DNA of 64,000 nt from an uncultured Bacillales bacterium (GTDB taxonomy: Bacteria > Bacillota_I > Bacilli_A > RF39 > UBA660): assembly GCA_947571655.1 (NCBI GenBank), contig CANOYR010000001.1:29122-93121 (forward strand). The letters run 5' to 3'. This document shows, piece by piece, positions 51,667 through 61,333 of this stretch. How positions within the stretch are numbered: position 1 is the stretch's first letter; each line of letters starts with the position of its first letter. The notes under the pieces were generated by a model. It was not told the origin of the DNA. It did no database searches and saw nothing but the letters and a program-made list of their open reading frames with translations. A program made the position numbers and the translations under genes.

Positions 51667-54570
51667 ATGTCGAAAGAAAAAAACACAAAATCTACATCAA
51701 AGAAAAGAAGAACCAATGAAAAAAAGAAAAAAAGAAACATTACAGTTACGAAAAAAGAACAACAAGCATTTTTAATGGGTGTAATGGCAGTAATCTTAGC
51801 GATTCTAATTCTAGGGTATCTAGTAATGGGAAGAATGCTAACCATTGTAATGGGAATTGGTATTTTTATAATCCTAGGAATTGCAATGCTTCTAGATAAA
51901 ATGAGCAACAAACCAAAATTAAGAAAAGTTTTAAATATTTTAATTATTATCTTCTTAATAATGGCACTTGCTGGTTGTGTTGGAGTATCTGCATTTTTTA
52001 TCTACATCGTACAACAAGCTCCAGAATTTGACATCGAAGTTTTAAACAAAAGAGAAGCAAGTATTTTATATACCACAGATGGAGAAGAATATGCGAGAAT
52101 TGGGGAACTGAGAGAAAATATCACCTATGATGATTTACCAGAAGTCTTTATTGATGCCTTAATCGCAACAGAAGATTCTCGTTTTTTCCAACATAATGGA
52201 TTTGATGCTCCTCGCTTTCTAAAAGCCAGTATCGGTCAAGTACTAAGAAAAAGAAATGCTGGTGGAGCTTCTACCTTATCAATGCAGTTAGTCAAAAACA
52301 CCTACACCAATGCCAAACAAAATGAAATGAATTCAGAGGGAATCATTCGTAAATTTACAGATATTTATCTGGCTGTTTTTAAACTAGAAAAAAACTATAG
52401 TAAAGAACAAATCATTGAATTTTATGTCAATAACTATGACTTAAGTAGCAATTCATTCGGTGTAGAACAAGCTTCTCAAACTTACTTTGGAAAAAGTGTA
52501 AGAGATTTAAATTTATCAGAAGCAGCAACCTTAGTAGGAGTATTCAATAACCCTACTGCTTACAATCCATTACTAAAACCTGCTGCTGCAGAAGCAAGGC
52601 GATCAACAGTACTAAAACTAATGGTAAGACATGGATACATCACGCAAGCAGAGGCAGATCAAGCAAACAGCATACCAATGACAAGCCTCACCAAATCACA
52701 ATCAACCGAAGGAGTTGCCTATATCAGCTATATTGACACAGTCATTAACGAATTAATGGAAAAATGGAAAATCAATCCATATTCAACAGCGGTAGAAGTT
52801 TATACCAATATGGACAAACAAAAACAACAAAGTATCGATGATATTTTTAACGGAAATAATAATAGTTTCAAATGGAAAGATGATAAAGTACAAAGTGGAG
52901 TTGCTGTTGTAGAAGTAAATACTGGAAAAATCGTAGCAGTAGGAGGAGGACGCTTTAAATCTAGTCCAAGAACAACGACCAACTATGCAACACAATCAAC
53001 AAGACAAATTGGATCAACCGCAAAACCGATTTTCGATTATGGACCAGCGATTGAATATCTCAATTGGTCAACTTATGAACAAATTGTCGATGAACCATGG
53101 AGCTATACAAATGGAAAAAATATCAACAACTCAGACCGAGAATTTATGGGACAAATTAGTATGCGTACTGCCCTATCTCTGTCTAGAAACATTCCTGCAC
53201 TAAAAGCATTCCAACAAGTACAAAAAGAAGTAGGAAACAAAAAGATTTTAGAATTTGCAACAAGTCTTGGAATTCATCCAGAAATTAGCAACGGAGTAAT
53301 TCATGAAGCCCATTCTCTAGGAGCCTTCTCAACAAAAGAAGGAACTAGTCCATTACAAATGGCTGCAGCCTACGCTGCCTTTGCCAATGGAGGAACTTAT
53401 CATGAACCACTAACTGTCAATAAAATTATCTTTAGAGAAACAGGAGAAGTAAAAAACTGTGAAGGAAGTTCTCAAAGAGTAATGAAAGACTCAACAGCAT
53501 TCATGATCACTGATATGTTAGTAACTGCCGTAGAATCTGGATTAAGTAGTGGTGCCAAAATAAATGGTGTAACTGTTGCAGCAAAAACTGGAACTTCAAG
53601 CTTTACAGATGAATTAAAAGAATTGAAAAACTATCCAGGAAATGCTATCAACGATGCTTGGATTGTAGGATACGATCCAGAATATGCAATTAGTATGTGG
53701 TATGGGTATGAACAAGCAGAAAAAGGATACTACAATACAGATATTCAAGCAGTCAATGCTAGAAGTGCATTATATAAAGCTCTAGGAAATGCAGTATTCA
53801 ATAAAAATGGACAACAATTTAGAGTCCCTGACAGTGTTGTAAAAGTAGCCGTAGAGGTAGGAAGCACCAATCTTCCAAGCGCTTCTACTCCAGAAGATCA
53901 AATCGTATATGAATACTTTATCAAAGGAGCAGAACCAACAGAAACTTCACAAAAATATAATAAAATAGCTACTCCAACAGGATTAAAAGTACAATACAAC
54001 GAAGAAAAATCGCAATTAATCATTTCTTGGAACAAACAAAACACACCAACTGGAAACGATAGCTATGGAAATTTTGGATATAAAATTTATTTTGAAGATA
54101 ACCTCATTGCATTTACTCAAGGAAATTCTTACACCATCACAGCGAATGCAAACATTTCTGGTACTTATAAAGTAACTGCTGCCTTTGAAAACTATCAATA
54201 TAACGAAAGTGCACCTGCATCTTATAACTATACCTACAACCCAAATCCATCTCCAAGCACAACTCCAAAACCAACACCGACACCAACAGAAACTGCTTCT
54301 TATACCCTTTCCTTAAATGGAACAAATCCAGTGAGTATCCCAACGAATGGACAGTATACAGATACTAATGATCCAATTACCATATTAAAAAATGGTACAA
54401 TAACAAATGAAGCCCACACAATAACAACTTCTATCAAAGGACCAAATGGTGTAGTTGATTCTATCGATGGAACAACAACTCCACTGATTCCTGGAACCTA
54501 CACAATTACCTATACAGTAAAAATTAACGGTCAAACAAAAACAATTACACGTACTATAAACGTCCAATAA
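51667..54570 (+). CDS. ponA: Class A penicillin-binding protein PBP1A
   Basis: EDSRF, GASTLSMQL transglycosylase; STAK, SRN, KTG transpeptidase motifs; follows recU. Confidence 0.95.
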   Translation: MSKEKNTKSTSKKRRTNEKKKKRNITVTKKEQQAFLMGVMAVILAILILGYLVMGRMLTIVMGIGIFIILGIAMLLDKMSNKPKLRKVLNILIIIFLIMALAGCVGVSAFFIYIVQQAPEFDIEVLNKREASILYTTDGEEYARIGELRENITYDDLPEVFIDALIATEDSRFFQHNGFDAPRFLKASIGQVLRKRNAGGASTLSMQLVKNTYTNAKQNEMNSEGIIRKFTDIYLAVFKLEKNYSKEQIIEFYVNNYDLSSNSFGVEQASQTYFGKSVRDLNLSEAATLVGVFNNPTAYNPLLKPAAAEARRSTVLKLMVRHGYITQAEADQANSIPMTSLTKSQSTEGVAYISYIDTVINELMEKWKINPYSTAVEVYTNMDKQKQQSIDDIFNGNNNSFKWKDDKVQSGVAVVEVNTGKIVAVGGGRFKSSPRTTTNYATQSTRQIGSTAKPIFDYGPAIEYLNWSTYEQIVDEPWSYTNGKNINNSDREFMGQISMRTALSLSRNIPALKAFQQVQKEVGNKKILEFATSLGIHPEISNGVIHEAHSLGAFSTKEGTSPLQMAAAYAAFANGGTYHEPLTVNKIIFRETGEVKNCEGSSQRVMKDSTAFMITDMLVTAVESGLSSGAKINGVTVAAKTGTSSFTDELKELKNYPGNAINDAWIVGYDPEYAISMWYGYEQAEKGYYNTDIQAVNARSALYKALGNAVFNKNGQQFRVPDSVVKVAVEVGSTNLPSASTPEDQIVYEYFIKGAEPTETSQKYNKIATPTGLKVQYNEEKSQLIISWNKQNTPTGNDSYGNFGYKIYFEDNLIAFTQGNSYTITANANISGTYKVTAAFENYQYNESAPASYNYTYNPNPSPSTTPKPTPTPTETASYTLSLNGTNPVSIPTNGQYTDTNDPITILKNGTITNEAHTITTSIKGPNGVVDSIDGTTTPLIPGTYTITYTVKINGQTKTITRTINVQ

Positions 54571-54578
54571 AAATTTTT

Positions 54579-54607
54579 AAAACCACTAGATAAAACTAGT
54601 GGTTTTT
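54579..54607. terminator. Bidirectional terminator
   Basis: AAAACCACTAG-ataaaa-CTAGTGGTTTT. Confidence 0.8.
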
Positions 54608-54677
54608 CTGTAAATTCATTATATCAATTTCAATTTACCCAATAAAAATAATATAAAAACCAATTCACTATAGAAAA

Positions 54678-55415
54678 TCAAAATAGAAAATGACCCAACA
54701 TCATAAAGAAACAACCAAAAATAAAAGAAAATACAGTAGTTCCCAACTTCTGATACGAACAAGATTCTGGCAATAACTCATAAATAGAAATATGAACCAT
54801 AATTCCCGCAATAAACGAATACAAAATTCCCATCACAAAAGAATTTACAAAGGGAGCCAAAAAAACAAATGCTAAAAATGCACCAAAAGGTTCTGAAATT
54901 CCTGAAATCAATGTATAAAGTAATGCTTTCTTCCTACTTCCTGTACTATAATAAATAGGAACAGAAATACTAATTCCTTCTGGAATATTATGAAGAGCAA
55001 TCGCAAGAGCCAAGGTAATTCCAAGGCGCAAATTAGAAGAAGAAGTTAAATAAGTAATAATCCCCTCTGGAATATTATGCATAATAATCGCAAGACAAGA
55101 AATAATTCCCACTTGATAAAGCTTCCCATACTCCATTTTCTCTTGTGGTAAAAAATGATCAACAGAAAAAGAAAATATCATACCGATACAAAAACAAATC
55201 GCAACAATCAAAAAAGCAGGAAAAAAAACATAAGATTCTAAGATAGATGAAAAAGAACTTGGCAAAAGATCTGTAAAAGAAATAGTAGCCATAACTCCTG
55301 ATGCAAATCCTAAAGAAGCAATTAATAATTTCTTAGATGACTTCTTAAAAAAGATAGGAATCGTCCCAATCATTGTAGAAAAGCCCGCTAAAAAAGTTAA
55401 AAGAAAAGAAATCAT
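54678..55415 (-). CDS. zupT: ZIP-family metal transporter (ZupT-like)
   Basis: LGFASGVM, two HNIPEG motifs, SGISEP, AGIMVHISIYELLP. Confidence 0.88.
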   Translation of the reverse strand: MISFLLTFLAGFSTMIGTIPIFFKKSSKKLLIASLGFASGVMATISFTDLLPSSFSSILESYVFFPAFLIVAICFCIGMIFSFSVDHFLPQEKMEYGKLYQVGIISCLAIIMHNIPEGIITYLTSSSNLRLGITLALAIALHNIPEGISISVPIYYSTGSRKKALLYTLISGISEPFGAFLAFVFLAPFVNSFVMGILYSFIAGIMVHISIYELLPESCSYQKLGTTVFSFIFGCFFMMLGHFLF

Positions 55416-55444
55416 ATACTTATCACCACTAAAGTATATGATTT
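55409..55444. repeat. Perfect 13-bp inverted repeat over zupT start
   Basis: AAATCATATACTT-N10-AAGTATATGATTT. Confidence 0.85.
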
Positions 55445-55568
55445 ACTCTAAATCTCTTATTCTATAAAATAAAGAATTTACAAAAATGACAATTATTTTA
55501 AAAAAAACAACCATAAAACATTCAAAAAAAAGCGATACAAAAACAATTATTAAAACCAACTTTTAAAA

Positions 55569-56027
55569 TTATCGATTCAACAAATACATAGAAATATTCA
55601 AATAAGTAGCAAACAAACACCACAATAAATAAGGAATCTGCAAAAGACCACTCATTTTATTTTTTTGATAAAACCGAACAATCAAAATAAAAACAGAAAC
55701 TACCAATAAAAAAATCCAAAAAATAGAAAAGAATCTCCATTTTAATAAAAAGAAAAAAATAGGCCATAAAGCATTTACAAACAATTGAAAATAATAAATA
55801 AACTGATCCTTCCAATCCATAAGAGAATTACTTTCTAATATTCCATAAGAAACTCCCATCAAAATATAAAGGATCGTCCAAACAATAGGAAATAAAATAG
55901 CTGGTGGTGCTAAAAAAGGTTTCTGTAAAGAAGAATAATCCATAGATCCAGAAATTAAAAAACCAACAAGTCCACCAACTAGAACTGGAATCATAATCGA
56001 TTTTAAATAAATTTTAAACTTTGTCAT
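55569..56027 (-). CDS. TspO/MBR family protein
   Basis: LQKPFLAPPAILFPIVWTILYILMG, QLFVNALWPIFFF, PYLLWCLFATYLN. Confidence 0.93.
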   Translation of the reverse strand: MTKFKIYLKSIMIPVLVGGLVGFLISGSMDYSSLQKPFLAPPAILFPIVWTILYILMGVSYGILESNSLMDWKDQFIYYFQLFVNALWPIFFFLLKWRFFSIFWIFLLVVSVFILIVRFYQKNKMSGLLQIPYLLWCLFATYLNISMYLLNR

Positions 56028-56118
56028 GTCATCCTCCTTACCTTTATTCTATTAATATAGATCTAAAATATACATAGATAAAACAAGAAAAAAACATGAA
56101 ACAAAACAAAAAAGATAT

Positions 56119-56757
56119 CTACCGATAAGAACAGATATCTTTTATTTTACAAGACGCACACTCTGGACGAACTGCCTTACAATGGTATCTTCCAAAAAGC
56201 ACCATCTGATGATGTCTCAGACTCCAATTTTTTCTTTCATATAACTTCTGAAGCTTTTTTTCAACTTCCAAAACAGAATCTTCACTTTTACTAAATCCAA
56301 GTCTTTTACTAACTCTTTCTACATGAGTATCAACAGCAATCGCTGGATAGTCATAAAGATTGGATAAAACAACATTGACCGTTTTTCTTCCAACTCCTGG
56401 TAGCGTAACTAAATACTTAGAATCATTCGGAACACATCCATTCTTCTCAGTTACCAAACGCCTTGCAATTTCAATGATAAATTGTGCCTTCTTACGAAAA
56501 GTTCCAATCGGCATTAAAATATGAGAAACATCTTCTAAAGATGCAGAAGCAAGATCTTCTAAAGAAGGATACTTAGAAAACAAAATAGGAGTAACAGAGT
56601 TTACCCTCTTATCAGTTGTCTGTGCACTCAAAACAACTGCTAATAGTAATTCATAATCCTTCGTATAATTTAATTCACATCTAGCATCTGGATAAAGCTC
56701 TTCCAAATATTTTTCAAAAATCTTTACCCTAGAAACCTTATCAATCTTATTCACCAT
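56119..56757 (-). CDS. nth: Endonuclease III
   Basis: LSAQTTD, LPGVGRKT HhH, VDTHV, CKAVRPECASCKIKDIC 4Fe-4S motif; exact start uncertain. Confidence 0.95.
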   Translation of the reverse strand: MVNKIDKVSRVKIFEKYLEELYPDARCELNYTKDYELLLAVVLSAQTTDKRVNSVTPILFSKYPSLEDLASASLEDVSHILMPIGTFRKKAQFIIEIARRLVTEKNGCVPNDSKYLVTLPGVGRKTVNVVLSNLYDYPAIAVDTHVERVSKRLGFSKSEDSVLEVEKKLQKLYERKNWSLRHHQMVLFGRYHCKAVRPECASCKIKDICSYR

Positions 56758-57424
56758 CATCATCAAACCAATCATAATCAAATAATTCTAATTTTTCTTT
56801 TTTTCGTTGTTTCTCTTGATATTTCTGCTTACTAAGTAAAACATCTTCTGCTCTCTTGTATCCCTTTTTATTCCACTCATATAAAATTTTATCCATATAT
56901 CGAAGATTAGAAACCCCATTAAAAACCGTTTCCTTTAAAGCAGCCAAAATCAATTCTTCCTGAAACCCATTTTCAACCCAAGAAGAAATAATTTCCCGTT
57001 CGATAGAACTAATCGGCCTTGCAAATCCCTCAGACACTTTATCGTAAATCGTCTTCTTTTCTTGATTGAGAACTTCTTCTGTATCAGTAATATCCTCCAT
57101 TAAACACTGCTCTATTTTTTCATAAAAGGGTTTTAGACAAATATATTCTTCCATAATTCCTTTCTCATTTTTAGAAACTGACATTTCTAAAAAACCTTCC
57201 TCCGTCAAATGATCTATATAAACCATCATATCTTGTAACGATAAATGAAGTTGCTTTGTAAATTTTAAAGAATCAAAAGGAATTTGTTCCTCAAAATTAG
57301 AAAGATAAATCAAAAACATAAATTCCTCCAAAGGTAAAGAAAAATGCTGACGTAACTGATATAGATAAAGAGGAACTACAAAATTTCCCATTTTAAAAAT
57401 ATCCATAAATTTTTTTAAATTCAT
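56747..57424 (-). CDS. dnaD: Primosomal protein DnaD
   Basis: FARPISSIE, LRYMDKILYEW, YDWF tail; upstream of nth. Confidence 0.9.
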   Translation of the reverse strand: MNLKKFMDIFKMGNFVVPLYLYQLRQHFSLPLEEFMFLIYLSNFEEQIPFDSLKFTKQLHLSLQDMMVYIDHLTEEGFLEMSVSKNEKGIMEEYICLKPFYEKIEQCLMEDITDTEEVLNQEKKTIYDKVSEGFARPISSIEREIISSWVENGFQEELILAALKETVFNGVSNLRYMDKILYEWNKKGYKRAEDVLLSKQKYQEKQRKKEKLELFDYDWFDDDGE

Positions 57425-57482
57425 ACATAGATCCTCCTTTGATATATTATTATATCAAAAAATCTAAAAAAAGAAAGAAGAT

Positions 57483-58574
57483 TTAAAGATACATTTTTTT
57501 CAAATATGTCATTAAATCATCCTTTTCATTCTTTAATTTTAAAGATAAAATTTGAGTCTCTAAATCTTTAAAAATATCCTTTAAATAAGGACCTGGCTTC
57601 CTACCCAATAAAGAACTAATTTCTTCTCCATCAAATACAATATCCATTCGACATTTAATTGGTAAACGGTTATATCGAGAAGTAATCTCCCTTTTAGAAA
57701 TTCCTTTCATATTACCTGCAATACTATTGACATAAAGGCCATAAGTATATAAAACTCGAGGATTTAAATTATCTACCAACAATGCTTCATTAATTTTTGT
57801 AATTAACTCCTTTTCATTATTTGTAAAAGGATAAATTTCTTGAACATCTAATTGAACCCAAATACCAATCAAATCATCAAAATTAGAAACATACTTCAAT
57901 CTAGGAAGTTCTAACTCTTCATCTAGTCCCAATTTCAAAAGAAGAGAAACTCCATTCTTCACATGAACACTAGTAAATATTTTATCCAATTCCTCTCTTT
58001 TTCTCTGATAAGATATTTTCTTTAAAAAAGTTTTTGCTCTTAAAATTGCCTCATACACTTCATCACTCAAATGAAATTGCAAAGTCGTCGCAAAACGAAC
58101 AGCTCGTAAAATTCTAAGGGCATCTTCTGAAAACTTTTGATAACTATCACCAACAGTTCGAATCAAATGACCATCAATATCCTCTTTTCCATGAAAAATA
58201 TCGATGATATTCCCTGTCCGATCAATGCAAAGCGTATTCATTAAAAAATCTCTTCTCTTTAAATCTTCCTCTAAATCATCAATAAATTCAATATGTTCAG
58301 GTCTTCGATAATCAATATAAGAAGACTCCCGACGAAAAGTTGTAATTTCAAATCGAATATGCTTTAAAATCACAGTAATCGAACCATAATCCTCAGAAGG
58401 AAGACAAGATCCCTTAAAGATAGAGCGAATATCTTTCGGTTTCGCATTTGTACAAATATCAATATCATTCGATTCAACTTCCATAAGATAATCACGAACA
58501 AATCCACCGACAACATAAGCTCGAAATCCATGATTTTCTAGTTTTTCCAACAATCTTAATGCAACTTCAAACAT
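57483..58574 (-). CDS. cca: CCA tRNA nucleotidyltransferase
   Basis: VGGFVRD, DIDI, EITTFR, RRDF, EDALRILRAVRF. Confidence 0.93.
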   Translation of the reverse strand: MFEVALRLLEKLENHGFRAYVVGGFVRDYLMEVESNDIDICTNAKPKDIRSIFKGSCLPSEDYGSITVILKHIRFEITTFRRESSYIDYRRPEHIEFIDDLEEDLKRRDFLMNTLCIDRTGNIIDIFHGKEDIDGHLIRTVGDSYQKFSEDALRILRAVRFATTLQFHLSDEVYEAILRAKTFLKKISYQRKREELDKIFTSVHVKNGVSLLLKLGLDEELELPRLKYVSNFDDLIGIWVQLDVQEIYPFTNNEKELITKINEALLVDNLNPRVLYTYGLYVNSIAGNMKGISKREITSRYNRLPIKCRMDIVFDGEEISSLLGRKPGPYLKDIFKDLETQILSLKLKNEKDDLMTYLKKMYL

Positions 58575-58586
58575 AATAAACCTCTC

Positions 58587-58979
58587 CTATTGAATCATTT
58601 CTGAAGGAATATCTTCTATACCACCCAAATCAAAAACATTTTGATAACCCAATTCAAATAGTTGATAAAAAGCCTTCTTACTACGTGCACCACTCTGACA
58701 ATAAACAACAATCTGATCTTCTTTATTAAAATCGATAGAATCAATAGATTCCAATGGAATATTAATCGCAGTTAAAATATGACCTGATTCATATTCTACA
58801 GAAGTTCTTACATCAATAATATGAAACTTTGAAGAATTGTTTTCAATCTCATGAAACACTTCTGAAGAAGAAATTGTTTGATAATTAAATTCCTTTTCCT
58901 CCATAACACTAGAACTTTGAAAATTACATCCTGTAACAAAACATAAAAGAATTCCTAATAAAAATACTCGCCTCATCAT
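58587..58979 (-). CDS. Rhodanese-domain lipoprotein
   Basis: Lipobox VTGC; IIDVRT, GHI, VYCQSGARS, DLGG. Confidence 0.88.
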   Translation of the reverse strand: MMRRVFLLGILLCFVTGCNFQSSSVMEEKEFNYQTISSSEVFHEIENNSSKFHIIDVRTSVEYESGHILTAINIPLESIDSIDFNKEDQIVVYCQSGARSKKAFYQLFELGYQNVFDLGGIEDIPSEMIQ

Positions 58980-59087
58980 ATTACCTCTTATTTATATTCT
59001 AACACAAACAAAAAAAGAAAAACAAAAAAAGATATTGAAAGTGTCAATATCTTTCATAGAAAAACCGACAAACGGCTTTTAATCCTA

Positions 59088-59360
59088 TTAGTTTAAAGCG
59101 TCTTTTAATGCAGAAGCAGCTTTAAATTTAGCTGAGTTACAAGCAGCAATCTGAACTGTTTCTCCAGTTTGTGGATTACGTCCTTCACGTGCAGCTCTTT
59201 TACCAACTGAGAAAGTTCCAAATCCAGCAACAGGTACTTTATCTCCATTTGCTAAGGCTTCTTTGATAATATCAAAAACTCCTTCTAATGCACGAGTGGC
59301 ATCGGCTTTTGTTAATCCTGTTCTTTCTGCTAAAGCTTCTACAAATTCTACTTTTTTCAT
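59088..59360 (-). CDS. hup: DNA-binding protein HU
   Basis: GFGTF, RAAREGRNPQTGE; start MKKVEF after GGAGG. Confidence 0.96.
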   Translation of the reverse strand: MKKVEFVEALAERTGLTKADATRALEGVFDIIKEALANGDKVPVAGFGTFSVGKRAAREGRNPQTGETVQIAACNSAKFKAASALKDALN

Positions 59361-59539
59361 GTGTGTAAACCTCCATTTTTTTAATTTAAGCAATAATTAC
59401 TATGCTTACATATATAAAGTAGCATACTTTAAAACAAAAAACAAGCAGATTTATAAAAATTAACACGTTTTACAATTCTTTTTCTAAATTTCCATCTTTT
59501 TATGATATTATATAGTAAAAATAGAAAGGAACATCCAAT

Positions 59540-61201
59540 ATGAAAAAAGATCGATATAATATAGGAATTATCCTACTTCTTTCCATCATCGTAATGATTC
59601 CCTTAATTTTAGGACCCAATAGTTTAGGACATGATACTGTATTCCATGTTGCAAACATTGATTCCATTCAATTAGATTTAGAATCAAATCTCCTACCAAA
59701 CAGAATCTCACAAACAATAGGAAATGAATTTGGATATGGAACACATCTTTTTTATCCAATGCTTCCACATATAGTTACTGCATACCTAGCAAAAGCAATG
59801 AGTATATGTAATCTAAATACATTAACAAGTGTCGTTATCATGTATGGAATTATTACTTTTCTTTCTTCAACTACGATATACTTTTTAGCAAAAAAAATCA
59901 CAAAGAAAAACCCTCTAGCACTATTATCCAGTATCATTTTTCTATGGATGCCCTACCGATTAGGAGATATCGTCGTTCGCTCTGCATTTAACGAAGTATT
60001 TACCTTTTTATTTATCCCATTAGTAATCCTAGGACTTCTATACTTGATAGAGAATAACAAAAAAAAGTTTTACCTATTCTTTATCATAGGATGTATAGGA
60101 CTTCTATACTCACATCTCGTAATCACTCTCTACTTTGCTCTTTTGATGATTCCATTTGTAATCATCTACCATAAAAAATTCTTAGAAAAAGAAAATTTAA
60201 AAGACTTTCTTATAGCAACTTTCATTATCATTATAATTTCCCTACCAGCTCTTCTTCCAATGTTAGAACATCGCCTTTCTACTGAATATATGGTCTATCA
60301 AAAAAATTACATGACCAACATTAACTACATGAAAGTATTCAGCAATCACTTAATTGATTATGTTAAAATTAAAAAAGACTATTCGTGGGAGATTCCACAT
60401 TATATCAATTACATCGTAATTGGGCTATTAATCACTGGATTTTACTTATTCTTCAAAGAAAAGAAAAAGAAAAAAGAAGAAATCTTCCTCTGGATATTTA
60501 CCATATTAGCATTTTTTCTATCTCTCAATATATTTCCATGGAAATACATCCCAGAATTTTTCTATTTCATTCAATTTCCATGGAGATTAGAAACCATGTT
60601 AACCATTTCCATCAGTTTATTAGCACCTCTAACAATCACCAAAATAAAAAAAGAACAACTAAAAAAAGGAATTTTCTTAGCAGCAATTCTCCTAATTCCA
60701 TGTACAGAACTACCACTAATTAAAAAATTAACAAACGATGTATATCAAATTGAAAAAATAGAGCCAAACAATGGAATGGGACACTCAAAAGAATATTTAC
60801 CAAAAAAGGCCTATGATAATGACATATACTTTGAATACAGAGGAAAAGATATCATGAAAATCAGTGGAACTGCCAAAATCATAGAAATCGAGAATTCTAG
60901 CCAAAAAATTGAATTTGAACTAGAAACCGACAGCATAGAAACAGTTTTAGAATTTCCAAGACTATATTACTTAGGATACCATTTAAAAACAAAAGATGGA
61001 AAAGTAAAAGCTCTTGAAGAAAGCGATAATGGATTTCTACAAGCTAGAATCGAAGGAAATGGAACTTACACTCTAGTTTATGAAGGAACCACCCTAAATA
61101 AAATAGCCAATCTATTATGTATCGTAGGTATCATTGGGTTTATCTACATCATAATCCCTAAAAATTTATTCAAAAAAAATCATCTGAATAAAAATTCTTG
61201 A
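59540..61201 (+). CDS. Multi-TM GT-C / YfhO-like membrane protein
   Basis: GHDTVFH, GYGTHLFYP, QFPWR, EYLP, PRLYYLGY motifs; many TM segments. Confidence 0.75.
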   Translation: MKKDRYNIGIILLLSIIVMIPLILGPNSLGHDTVFHVANIDSIQLDLESNLLPNRISQTIGNEFGYGTHLFYPMLPHIVTAYLAKAMSICNLNTLTSVVIMYGIITFLSSTTIYFLAKKITKKNPLALLSSIIFLWMPYRLGDIVVRSAFNEVFTFLFIPLVILGLLYLIENNKKKFYLFFIIGCIGLLYSHLVITLYFALLMIPFVIIYHKKFLEKENLKDFLIATFIIIIISLPALLPMLEHRLSTEYMVYQKNYMTNINYMKVFSNHLIDYVKIKKDYSWEIPHYINYIVIGLLITGFYLFFKEKKKKKEEIFLWIFTILAFFLSLNIFPWKYIPEFFYFIQFPWRLETMLTISISLLAPLTITKIKKEQLKKGIFLAAILLIPCTELPLIKKLTNDVYQIEKIEPNNGMGHSKEYLPKKAYDNDIYFEYRGKDIMKISGTAKIIEIENSSQKIEFELETDSIETVLEFPRLYYLGYHLKTKDGKVKALEESDNGFLQARIEGNGTYTLVYEGTTLNKIANLLCIVGIIGFIYIIIPKNLFKKNHLNKNS

Positions 61202-61333
61202 TGATTTTTTTAAATGATAAACAAAAATAAGAAAAAAATTCATTAAAATTCGCAATAAAATCAATTGGAATTAACTAACATTCCTATACATCTTTCAACT
61301 TCTTAATACAAAAAAGAAACGAAAACGTTTCTC

